Source: Octopus bimaculoides
Lineage: Eukaryota
Assembly: GCF_001194135.2 (NCBI RefSeq)
Contig: NC_068989.1
Span: forward strand, 48,623,832 to 48,666,940
Length of the DNA stretch: 43,109 bases
Reading direction: 5' to 3'
The translations under genes were made by a program, and so were the position numbers. The notes under the pieces were generated by a model that searched no databases, was not told the DNA's origin, and saw nothing but the letters and a program-made list of their open reading frames with translations. This document shows, in pieces, positions 10,692-22,649 of this stretch (its first letter is position 1; each line of letters starts with the position of its first letter).

Positions 10692-11665
10692 ATCATCATC
10701 ATTGTTTAATGTCTGCTTTCCATGCTGGCATGGGTTGGATGGTTTGACTGAGGAATGGTAAGCCAGAAGCCTGCCCCAGGCTCCAATCTGATCTGGCAAA
10801 GTTTCTACAGCTGGATGCCCTTACTAACGCCAACCACTCTGAAAGTGTAGTGGGTGCTTCTTATATGCCACCAGCATGGGGTCTAATCAGACAGCACTGG
10901 CATCAACCATGCTCAAATGGTGCTTTTTATGTGCCACCGGTACGGGTGCTAATCAGGTGACACTGGCATTGGCCATGATTACGATTTCCCTTGGTTCAAC
11001 AGATCTTCTGAAGCACAGCATATTGCCCGCCAATTGAAGGATACTTTTAAATGGGCCGGTTATACAACACTGGCATCAGCCACTGCTAAATCTCACTTAA
11101 CTTGCCAGGTCTTCTCAATCACAGCATATCTCCAAAGGTCTCAGTCACTTGTCATTGTCTCTGTTTGAAGGTCGTGCTTCACCAGCTCATCCCATGTCTT
11201 CCTGGGTCTATCTCTTCCACTGTTAGGGTGTGACACTTCTTCACACAGCTGTCCTCATCCATACGTAAGACATGACCATTTCAGTTCTGTTGTCTCTCAT
11301 GCACACCACATCTGATGCTTCTTATGTCTAACTTTTCTCTCAGGGCGCTTACACTCTGTTGTTTATGTACATTGACATTACACATCCAGCAGAACATACT
11401 AGCTTCATTTCTTTTGAGACTATGCATGTCCTCAGCAGTCACAGCCCATGTTTCACTGCCGTGTAGCATGGCTGTTCACACGCATGCATCATACAGTCTA
11501 TCTTTCACTCTGAGTGAGAGGCCCTTTGTTACCAGCAGAGGTAGGGGCTCCCTGAACTTTGCCTAGGCTATTCTTATTCTAGCAGCTACACTCTCAGAGC
11601 ATCCATCCTAGCTACTGACTCGGTCACCTAGGTAATGGAAGCTATCAACTACTTCTAGCTTTTCC
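10692..11665 (-). mobile_element. 5'-truncated RTE-clade LINE: ORF2 C-terminus, 3' UTR and (ATG)n tail
   Basis: Reads EKLEVVDSFHYLGD...MLHGSETWAVTAEDMHSLKRNEASMFCWMC...GRDRPRKTWDELVKHDLQT, then a UTR ending in ATGATGATGA at 10692-10702. Confidence 0.88.
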
Positions 11666-11671
11666 TAATCC

Positions 11672-11883
11672 CCGTTTAATGTCCATTTTCTATGCTGGCA
11701 TGGAGGGGATGGTCCAACAGGAGCTGGCAAGCCAGAAGCCAATACTAATTTCCAACGTTGTTTTGGCAGGGTTTCTATGACTCGATGGCCTTCCTAACAC
11801 CACTCACTTTACAGAAAGTACTCTGGCTCTCCAGCTGTCAGACTAACCAATCCATGCCAGCATAGAAAACGGACATTAAATGG
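11672..11883. repeat. Two RTE 3' tails in inverted orientation forming a 33-bp terminal inverted repeat
   Basis: 11672-11704 CCGTTTAATGTCCATTTTCTATGCTGGCATGGA matches the reverse complement of 11851-11883 at 31 of 33 positions. Confidence 0.85.
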
Positions 11884-11897
11884 CAATTATATATATA

Positions 11898-12367
11898 CAG
11901 GGTGTCCTAGTAATGTCTATTTCAATGAAACCTGACAATTTTTTAAAAATCTCATTTTTATTTATGTTTATCATGTTTATTATGTTAAAAGTGTATCAAT
12001 TTTAAATTTTGTTTATAATTTTATAATTTTTATTTATTGTTTTTTTTTTTTTCATTCCTATTGGATCTTGCTTATCTGTCCACAATAGCTTTTTTTTCAA
12101 TCTGGCAGTAATCATTTTCTCTATCTTCCTCCTCAGGACGGAGCAATAGTTTAGCTGAACTTAATGCATTCAGTTAGCAGTGCAGTAGATAACTCCTGAA
12201 ATGCTTCAAAATGTGTTCTGCAGCAATAAGGATAGATTTGAAATTTTTAAATTTTTAATAAATTTTTGACATAAGATTTATAAATCTATTTGTTTAAAAT
12301 TCTGTCAGTTTTTTTAAAAAATTTGCCTGATTTCATTGAAATAGATTGTTAATTCTGGGACACCCTG
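11898..12367. mobile_element. Tc1/mariner-type MITE with CAGGGTGTCC termini, inserted at TA
   Basis: Left CAGGGTGTCCTAGTAATGTCTATTTCAATGAAACCTGACAATTTTTT; right (reverse complement) CAGGGTGTCCCAGAATTAACAATCTATTTCAATGAAATCAGGCAAATTTTT. TA on both sides. Confidence 0.8.
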
Positions 12368-12379
12368 TATATATTTATA

Positions 12380-12432
<53 letters not shown>

Positions 12433-12548
12433 GTATATACATGCACACATGTACGAATGTATGTATATATATATATTTACATATATATATATATATATAC
12501 ACACACACATATATATACATATATACATGCACACATTATGTATGTATG

Positions 12549-12597
<49 letters not shown>

Positions 12598-12615
12598 GTA
12601 TACATACACACACAC
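12368..12615. repeat. Compound (TA)n/(TG)n/(CA)n/(TATG)n microsatellite
   Basis: Seen directly. Source of the YI/CV-rich ORFs. Confidence 0.95.
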
Positions 12616-13462
12616 AAAATGTGTTCAATATTGAGTTAGCATTTCAATAGTATCTATGTGTGATTGTCTCATACTGTGGGTTGCTAGGGAGATTGCTGAG
12701 GGAATTCTAGCTGTGACACTGAGAATATAAAGCAATTTATGCAGAAGGTTTCTCTTGCTCACTGGCTGACTTAAAGCAATTGTTGTTGTTGTTACAGCTA
12801 CTGCTATTAACATTGCAGCTTATCATCTGTACTTTTGCTATCAATTTTCTGAGCACAGTTATTTCTTTTTTTCTTCTTTTTTTTCCCCATCACAACCGAC
12901 GTTATTTTGTGAGTCAAATTCACCAAAGTGTTGTCAGTGGTCAGATGGTGTAAGATAAGGAAACATTTGGCATTACATTTAACACATCTGATAAGGTAAG
13001 TTCAATGTTCGAAGTTGTAATGTGTCTATCAGAGTAATGTGTCACTGGTGTAGAACTAAGATAGTCAACACGTCTATCAAAATTTATAGACTTCAAAGAT
13101 ATTTTGTTTTTACTAGTTTAACACAAATAACTTAGTTCAACAAGAAAACATGAAAGTCTTTAGAAACTTATTTTATCTTCTTTTCTTTTTCACACTAACA
13201 TACACACATGCACACACACACAAACACACATACATCCACACAATACATACATACACACACATATAGACATACATACATGCACACATACATGTACTATTGG
13301 AGGCATATGTATATAAGCAGACATTGATATTTATGCATACAAGTGTATTTTATCAGCAAAGTTTTAATATGTGCTTCTCCACACTCGAATAGCTAGGACA
13401 GTATATCACACCTGTGTGTTTGTGTGCATTTATATATGTATGTATACAAGTCTATCTATATC

Positions 13463-13520
<58 letters not shown>

Positions 13521-14263
13521 GAGAGCGATATTATTTATTAATAACGTAGATGTTGAATGAAATTTCAATATGTTTGCAAATTTACTTCAAATTTATAACA
13601 ATGAGAAGCCTTTTCAAAGAGCTGACAAATAAATTACACACAGAAAGATATATTTAATCTCTATAGGACAAGATGGAGATATATTTATTCCTGTTCCATT
13701 GAGATTAAATGTTACATGTAATGAAACAACACATCCGGAAACTGATATGCTATAGTTTGGGACATAACTGCAGTTGTGTTAGTCCTGACTAAAGATAAAT
13801 ACATCCTTTTGCTGATTGTGAATTGCCATCTGGTAACAACCTTAATATGTGGAATTTGAGTTAGAAAGACTTTTATACTGTGTTCTTTCTTCATCCAACA
13901 GATATATAAACAAGTACAGTGAATTCTCTGATAAACTGACAGAAGTTTAGATTCTTAGATAGATAAAAGGTACTGGAGTAAGCTAAAGAAACACTTTAGA
14001 AGTGGGTTGGAAGAAGTTTAATGAGTTAATTATCTCTATTGATGACAAAAGATTTCTCTTACCATGCACAAGGCAACTATGAAAAGACAAGGTCAATGAA
14101 CATGGAAGAACAGTAGTGTTTTAAGAGACAATATCATAAATGATTAGTTAGATGGAAACTTTATATTCTGATCTCAAATCCTATCAAAGACAACTTTATC
14201 CATTCTTCCAGAGTTTATAGCATAAAAAAAAAACTAATCCGGAATAATAGATTAGTGGAATTA

Positions 14264-14491
14264 TTGACCCTCTAGCATTTAATCCAGCCATATCTGGCCC
14301 AAATAGTCTACTTGTGTTATGATAAAACTGACCATGGCTGACCTCATATACCTACCCTACAATATCATTCTAAAAATATACAAACACACCATTGTAATCT
14401 TGAAACTACAAAATAATGTGTGATTAATTCAAAGCAATGTGAATAAGTAAACGGTATATTGGACAAAGAAATCTGAATGTTAATGGGTTCA
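14264..14491. mobile_element. Second copy of the TTAA/CCCT-type MITE
   Basis: TTGACCCTCTAGCATTT...GAATGTTAATGGGTTCA; internal similarity to the reverse complement of 4963-5191. Confidence 0.5.
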
Positions 14492-15007
14492 GGTATTGAA
14501 CAAAGCATTTAGTAGTTTGCAATCCAGCTGTTTACATTCTAAGTGCTCAGGTAGGTGTGGCAACATATCTTTATGAGGCCAACAAGTTGGTGTCTTGCAA
14601 CAATTGCTTAACAAAAGGCAACAGGAAATCATCCTTTACAGGCATATAGAACTTGTCATTCATCAATCTGATGGTACAAGAATGATAGACAGTAGTAATA
14701 AGCTGAATGAAAAGGCAGGGCACAAACTAGCTGGGATAACTAGACAGTAGAAGCATCAATTGAGAACATGGTCATATGGAGGATGTACAACATGAATTAT
14801 TGAATATAAAAGTGCTGTGAGCAAACAATGACAGAATAAGATATGAAAATAAAGAATAGTGATGGTTGTATTCAGATTTCAAGATATTGGCTCTAAAAGA
14901 TGAGATGCTGAAAAACATAAATTAATGATGACATGGTTTACTACAGATGTGTCCACCCTTTGCAATGAAAGGAAAATGGATGTCATGATGTTGATTGTAT
15001 TGAGTTT

Positions 15008-15008
15008 T

Positions 15009-15072
<64 letters not shown>

Positions 15073-15733
15073 NNNNNNNNNNNNNNNNNNNNNNNNNNNN
15101 NNNNNNNNNNNNNNNNNNNNNNNNNNNNNNNNNNNNNNNNNNNNNNNNNNNNNNNNNNNNNNNNNNNNNNNNNNNNNNNNNNNNNNNNNNNNNNNNNNNN
15201 NNNNNNNNNNNNNNNNNNNNNNNNNNNNNNNNNNNNNNNNNNNNNNNNNNNNNNNNNNNNNNNNNNNNNNNNNNNNNNNNNNNNNNNNNNNNNNNNNNNN
15301 NNNNNNNNNNNNNNNNNNNNNNNNNNNNNNNNNNNNNNNNNNNNNNNNNNNNNNNNNNNNNNNNNNNNNNNNNNNNNNNNNNNNNNNNNNNNNNNNNNNN
15401 NNNNNNNNNNNNNNNNNNNNNNNNNNNNNNNNNNNNNNNNNNNNNNNNNNNNNNNNNNNNNNNNNNNNNNNNNNNNNNNNNNNNNNNNNNNNNNNNNNNN
15501 NNNNNNNNNNNNNNNNNNNNNNNNNNNNNNNNNNNNNNNNNNNNNNNNNNNNNNNNNNNNNNNNNNNNNNNNNNNNNNNNNNNNNNNNNNNNNNNNNNNN
15601 NNNNNNNNNNNNNNNNNNNNNNNNNNNNNNNNNNNNNNNNNNNNNNNNNNNNNNNNNNNNNNNNNNNNNNNNNNNNNNNNNNNNNNNNNNNNNNNNNNNN
15701 NNNNNNNNNNNNNNNNNNNNNNNNNNNNNNNNN

Positions 15734-15775
<42 letters not shown>
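15008..15775. other. Assembly gap (N 15073-15733) flanked by (TG)n/(TA)n
   Basis: Seen directly. Confidence 0.98.
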
Positions 15776-15851
15776 CTAGAGAAAGCGCATAAATCTGAAA
15801 CAAGGTGGGAAAAAAATAGTATTTTAATACCAGAGGTAAAGTAATATGCTG

Positions 15852-16040
15852 TATTATTAAAGCTACAAAAACATCACAAAAATATCAAGAAAAACTGCTA
15901 CTTGGAGTTTCATGTTCCTGTTCATCGGGCAGTTGTGATCAAGATAGCTCTTGATCGCAACTACCTGACAAATGGGAATATGAAACTCCAAGTAGCAGTT
16001 TTTTGTGATATTTTTGTGATGTTTTGCAGCTTTGATAATA
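15852..16040. mobile_element. Fold-back (palindromic) MITE, arms ~92 bp
   Basis: TATTATTAAAGCTACAAAAACATCACAAAAATATC...GTTGTGATCAAGA-TAGC-TCTTGATCGCAAC...GATATTTTTGTGATGTTTTGCAGCTTTGATAATA; arms roughly 85% identical by eye. Confidence 0.85.
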
Positions 16041-16769
16041 AAGTATGTATACATACATAAATACATACATTCATATTGCTGCTGTGGTTTGAGCCTAAAA
16101 TTTAAATCTACAAAAAAAGTTTGGCATTTACATTTTAGGGTGCACTGGTGTAATTATTCATTGATTGGTTCTAGCATAACCATTTGCCTACTTTGTCTAA
16201 TCCTTATATTGAATCCTAAGCATTTTTTATAGAGTAAAATTATGCTTTTTAAAACTTGATATAGTTAGAAATATGGTTAGAAATTACCAAATATTGACAT
16301 GCATCTTTGTGCTATATACAGCTAAGATATATAGAGACTATTTGTAATTGCATCTAACAGGCAAAAAGCCTGAAATTTAGGGGAAGAAGTTTAATGGATT
16401 GAATCAACTCTAGTACTTCATTGGTACTTTATTTTATTGACTCTGATTGGATGAAAGGTAAAGCTGACCCTAATGGGATTGAAACTGAGACTATAAAGGA
16501 CCAGAACAAATACCACAACGCTATTTGAAATGTTCTAATGCTTGAGTTACCTTGTATAGAATACTAATAGTGAAATTAATTAATGCTGCAGGTTGTATGA
16601 AGAACCAATAACTCAAAGCAGACATTAAGTATTATTGAAATAAAAGCATTTGAAATAAAAGCATTTAAAGCTCATGTTGCTGGAACCTAGTAAACTGAAA
16701 GAGACACAAAGCAAATACACACACAAATAACAAACTTAAAATTGACATAGGCTCTATGTGGTTGCTAAA

Positions 16770-16950
16770 CCTGTTAGAAACACATCCAAATCTCCCTCAC
16801 ATCACATAGTGCCATCTTGGAAAAGGACTTGGATTATGTGGTTCTGACCTCCCTACACATAAGGAAAAGATATGGTAATAGCTGTTGCTGCATTGCCTTT
16901 GAATATTGATCTGTTCGATAAGGACTGACCTGAGGTAAAAAAAAAAAAAA
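16770..16950 (+). repeat. Diverged interspersed repeat (related copy at about 33290-33485)
   Basis: Both copies share CTG(T/C)TAGAA...TTGGATTAT...; alignment by eye only. Confidence 0.4.
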
Positions 16951-17121
16951 AAAAGGATGGACACATACAGGCACACTCACACAGACACACACAAAAATAT
17001 AAGTGCTGAAGCATGAATGCTACTGTTGATGGATGTATGTATGTATGTATGTGTATGTGTGTGTATATATGTATGTATATCACCATCATCGTTTAAAATC
17101 TGCCTTCCATGCTGGCATGAG

Positions 17122-17171
<50 letters not shown>

Positions 17172-18119
17172 TGAGGGAGAGAGAACAAGAGAGACATGTG
17201 CTTACATATATATTTATGTGTGTACGTTGCAAGTGTATACATACATACATGAAGATGATTTAAATCATATTAAACAACACTCAAATACACTAGTGATGAA
17301 CACTGCTTTGGTATACAGCTATTAATAATTATATTTAATGCTTTCCACCTCAAAAATCCAATTTTTCAACTCAATGCACAAACTGAATTATTAAAAAAAA
17401 ATATAAGTTGTAATTATTTTTTTCCCCACTATTTTCCAAGATATTCAGTTGTACACAAGTTATGAAAATGGGAGAAAAAAAAATTATTTGATCTAATCTT
17501 GAACTAATGAGTACTGAAGCATTCTTAACAGATTCAGAAAGATGGCAATCCTTATCTTATAATTATACATGAATTAAATTTTAGATAACATTCCCATAAT
17601 AATGGAAAATAAGAAAACTAGGGAAAAAAAGTAAGAAAGAAATGCTAGCAAAGAAACCAAATAAAAATAGAAAAGATAATTTTCTACTACTACTACTACT
17701 GTTGCTACTATTGTTGTCACTGCCTACGGTACAGTTAGAAATGGATTTAGATGTACATACATAGAGAGTAAGATTATGAGGAAATACCAAAAGACTAAAC
17801 AGAAATTTGAATTCTCCAAAGAATGAAGAAGCTGTCAAACTAGGAAGCAGATCAGTGACGACGATGTAGTTGGATACAAAAATGCATTTATAATAGATTT
17901 GTAATAGATATTTAAAAAAAAAAATCTATTATATATATTTGTAATAGATATTTAAAAATAATCTATTTTGGCTCAATATAGAAAATACTGTGAAATGATG
18001 ACTCATATGAAGAGATACATAATTATATGAAATCAAAAAATCCTGTAACACAGTGTGTGAAAAAATATAATTATAGGAATTTTGCCTGTACATATAGCTC
18101 AATTTATTTTTTCCAACAG

Positions 18120-18216
18120 CCTACAAGTCGACTCCATTTCTTCACATGCTGGTGTCTCTTTAAAAGCTTTAGTCGACTACATTAAAAATCTCCCTTGCTG
18201 GCAAAATGACCCTTAA
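18120..18216 (+). CDS. Candidate terminal coding exon, product unknown
   Basis: Acceptor ATTTATTTTTTCCAACAG|C; phase-2 frame LQVDSISSHAGVSLKALVDYIKNLPCWQNDP*. No family recognised, and an antisense frame is also open. Confidence 0.25.
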
Positions 18217-18961
18217 ATCTTATATTAATCAAGCTGATGGAGAATTCTTTTGAAAGAAGATATTCTGTTTATTTTAAAGAATCATGCAAGATTAAATAAT
18301 TTGGAATCTAAAGATCAGTTAATACTTTAAAGATAAATTAGTGTATTATTGAACATGCCTTTCTGGAAACACATAATGTAATATTTGCCTCATCAAAAAA
18401 CTGAATATTTTACAACAAAGTTTTAATATTTTAAACAAGAAATTAAAATTTTTGAGTGCTTCTAAGCAGTGTTGAAGTTTTGCTAAAACTTTTAATGTTT
18501 CTTGGTTAATAAATTCTTTGTTTATAGTGGTATAAGTGCAGAGAAAGATTTTAATCTAATGCTATTAATCTCTTAAGAGTTCTCTCTCTTGTATAATTTA
18601 TAATGTCAATAATTATTTCCTTATATATTCTATGCTATCTGAAAATAACGATAATTTTAAGCATATTTTCAATTTGAATTCTTAAAATATATCAATGTTA
18701 ACTTTCCTAAAATATTAACTATTCCAAGATTCTTTTGCACATGTTATGTTCATGACAATCTTTTAGCAATGCTGTTCACACTTTGAATTTAGAATTTTTC
18801 TGTAGTATCTTGCCAACCAATAATACATAGTATGAATAAATTTATAGCCTGAAGTTCCCATTTTCTATGATCTTCTGAAGATCAGCACTTGATTTGTGAG
18901 TGTACATCACTATGTGTTTGTCTCTCACCACTTGACAACTGTTGTTGGATCGTTTACATAC

Positions 18962-19060
18962 CAATAAGTTAGCAGTTTGGTAAAAGGGATCAAGTGAATA
19001 AGTACCAGAATAATTACTGGGATTAATTTTATTGACAAGGTCTTCAAAATGATGTCCCAG
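18962..19060 (-). CDS. Candidate internal exon, product unknown
   Basis: First AG after a pyrimidine tract (CCAAG|), donor TTG|GTATGT; 99 nt; LGHHFEDLVNKINPSNYSGTYSLDPFYQTANLL. Confidence 0.3.
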
Positions 19061-19863
19061 CTTGGTCACAGTCCAATGATTGAATCAAGTAAAAAAATAA
19101 AAGAATGTTCAACTTTCTTCATATGTATATAAATATTTAAAAAACATTCTATATCTATTTGTCATGCAGACAGGGGATCCAGCACACTTAGAATTTTTAT
19201 ATATTGTTGGTACAGTTGTTTTTATAACTGAATGCCCTTTCTACTAGTACCTACTCACATATAAACTTAAAAAAAGAAAAAAAAAAAGAAGTAACAGCTA
19301 AGATTTTAATGTTAGTATTATTACACATTGTAAACATAGGAATAGAACTATCTATCTTTTGCTTGCTGGATGACTGTTTACCAATTATTCCACACCGGAC
19401 TAGCTCTCGTTTTCATTAGTAGAATAACCTACCATGACAACGCCAAGTGGATGATAATTCATTTTTGAAGCAAAAGCTATCATAGCTATAAAATAGCACA
19501 GTAAAAATAGCAGAAAATAATATTTTATACTACAACTTTATGAAGATGGAATGGCAGGACTCTGTCTTGTAATTGGTAACATGAAGTTTGAATCCCATCA
19601 GTGGATTTCTTGTACGTTTTTATTCTGTCTTAAATTAGTGCTCATTATATCTAATATCAATGGTGAATCTTCTTAGTAAGTACAGTGAGAAAACTAAATA
19701 TAGGTACAGTAGTGAAATATACAAAATCCAACAGCTGCATCTCTTAATTTGTTTTAATAGCACTTTTTTATTTCTATGCTTCTAGGTTACTGTGATATTG
19801 AATTATTATTAACATGAAATTTGGAATCTTGCAATGAGTAATGACAGCGTGAAAAGCATTTGC

Positions 19864-19956
19864 CTTGATTAAATATGAGCTCAGGCAGAGCTGGATAAGT
19901 CACAGCATAGTAATCTGTCTTATTTGCTCTTTTATATGCAAGTAAGACATGGTCTA
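19864..19956 (-). CDS. Candidate internal exon, product unknown
   Basis: Acceptor TTCTTCCTTCTTTGTAG|TAG (NAGNAG); 93 nt, phase 1-1; xDHVLLAYKRANKTDYYAVTYPALPELIFNQ. Requires a non-canonical GC donor (AAG|GCAAAT). Confidence 0.28.
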
Positions 19957-22136
19957 CTACAAAGAAGGAAGAATAGTGACTAGCTATAATGTAAAGGACC
20001 ATTGAAAGATCTATTTTAGGAATAACATTATGGGAGCATATTTAAAAGGAGATAATTCAAGAATGGAAAGGAGTGAACAATTTTACTATGAATTACTAAA
20101 AGCACAAGTCCTAAAACCCAGAGACAACAGGTGGAACTGTGCAGTTCTTAAATGGTATCTAAGGGATTGAAAGAGACCACATGGAAGATTTCAAAGATTT
20201 TAGGAAAATGACATAATCAAAAAATTCAGGTCCAAATGGAAGAGAAGTGCACAATCAAGGGCCCATAGAAAGTAACTAACATGTAACTTACAGAACTGCA
20301 GTAAAGTTTGTCTAAAATGATTTAACAAGACAGTCTCATTTGAGGACACTGTAAACATCTCTTAGTCATAAATCAGTCTCTAATGGCAAACATAATCACT
20401 AAATTTGCTAACGGAGCAACAGAATCATCTCTGAAATTAAACCCAAAGCTTTTGTATCTACAGATTCAAAGTCTTTTTACACAGTCATTCTCATTTTTTT
20501 GAATGAGATAATATGGCTAGAAAATGATTATCTAAATAAAAAAAAAAAAAAAAAAAAAGAATTGACACAGTGGAAGATGACGCAAAATCACGCTGATTGT
20601 AAAGCATTTTGTATTAAAAATTTAGTCAATTAAAAGGCTAGTAAATTAAATTACAGTGGTTTTACAAGACCAGAAACCTTACATATTTTGAGGATATGAA
20701 AATCTACCAAATGTTAGATCAGCAACTCTCATGCATAACTGGTATCACCATTATTATCAGTATCAATTACTAATACCATCACTACCACCTCCATTACTGT
20801 CTCTTTTATACCTATTTCCATCACCATAAGTCCCATGATCGTTACTGCTGTTCTATGGTCCTTGTTGGCAGTGTTTGGAAAGATCTACAATATTGTTCTT
20901 CCCGTCATTTGTTTCAGCATTGTTATTTGCAGAGTTTGTGAAAGTAATTTTTTACTAAATATACTTCTTAGGCTTAATTTTTTAAAAAACTTCATCTGCT
21001 TTTAAATGTATACAAATCTACATAATTTGTTTTCTAGTTTAAAAGTTGAATTTTCAAATATATTTGCATTAGGAATTGTGTGGGAAATTCTAAATTATAT
21101 TGATTTTCCTTTAAACCCTAACATACAATGTAACATTTATTTTTATCATTTGATATGAGAGAGAATGTAATTCATTTATTATTGACATTTTTAATGATGA
21201 TGATGATAAAAACAACATTTTACATACATGCACGTGTATGTGCTTGCATCTATGTTACAAAATGCCTTCTTACAATAACCCTGCACCCCCCGCCAAAAAA
21301 ACCAATACAATATTTCTGTTGTGTGTGTATATATATATATGTATGTATGTAAGTATGAATGTATGTGTTAAAATGCAGATATGAACTTGGTTACAACTAT
21401 ACACATAAACATACATAACTACATTCATATGCAAATGCACATTAGTTTTACATCCAGCATGTTTTGAGCACTTAGGTTTGTGTAAGAAAAATAAAGCATA
21501 AAAACTGGGTATACACATGCATGTATATTTGTGTAACTTCCTCTCCTAACTTCTATAAACACACCACGCACACACACACATTCATGCAATTGATTCTGTC
21601 ATCAAGATAAACACTACCATATATATGAAACGAGTACTATGTACTTTACAACAAACAATTATAAATTACACACATACATACATGAAATATAACTTTTATA
21701 GTAAAATAGAATATGGGAAAGTGGCAAAGCATAAATATTTGTAGTAAAAAGTGGATTCTAGAAGTTTTTTGGAAGAAATTTAGGAAATTACATTCTGGAA
21801 TTGATTTAAATTTGTGTAAACTTCAAAAGCTGCTATTTGAAGTTTTACCAATTTTAACTGTTTGGTTTGAAAATTATTTCTGAAAAATCAGTCATGGAAA
21901 AACAAATGGATTTGCAATCATTTTCGTTAACTTTAATCTGAAAACATATTTCTCTTGTACATTTAAACGGATAAAATTTTAGAAAGCCTATTTAATCCTC
22001 TTGTAGGGAAGGGAAAAAGAAAAATCAAAAGTTGCATGATGTAAAAATTGCAAATTTATGTAAAGATTGCAAAATTTAATAACAAATGAATGGTGACTCT
22101 ATAAAAGTGCATTAATATATTTATACATTTATATAT

Positions 22137-22176
<40 letters not shown>

Positions 22177-22649
22177 TTATAAAATTGTAAGTCCATCTAA
22201 ACTCCATTTATTATCAAAGAGTGGTTAGTAAATGCTAGAAATGTATGACGAATTTGAAAATTAAATAGATAAGAAATAAGAAAATAAATTAATATACTTC
22301 TAAATACATTTTTACATAATATCGACTAAAATGTGGATCAAAAATTACTTTTCTCAAGCATGTTTCCCACTAGAGTCAAGAACAATGCATGTATTACAGA
22401 ATGGAACTGAGTATTATCAAGACATTAGTTCCACTTTATAAAAAAATGCTGATCTTCAATGCAGGAAAGGGGAATGAAAATACCAACAGCTGTCGTTTAT
22501 TTTAATTTAATACTGTTGAGTCAGCAAAGATTTGGTCTTTGCATTCACTTGAGCTACATTCTTGAAAATAATGTTTGCTAGCCTTCTTTCAAGTGTCTAG
22601 TAAAAATACATTTAATACTAGAAAATGAAGATTTTGTTTGTTTCACTTG

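Noticed and set aside
13845-13890. Minus-strand EHSIKVFLTQIPHI resembles FOLH1 ENIKKFLYNFTQIPHLAG
   Set aside because: Three residues are missing, the conserved AG(T/S) after PH is absent, and no suitable splice sites flank it; treated as coincidence unless transcripts show otherwise.
20740-20960. Hydrophobic plus-strand frame and Gly/Asn-rich minus-strand frame with a KR site
   Set aside because: Internal stop on the minus strand, and the composition fits a decayed (CAT/CAC)n microsatellite.
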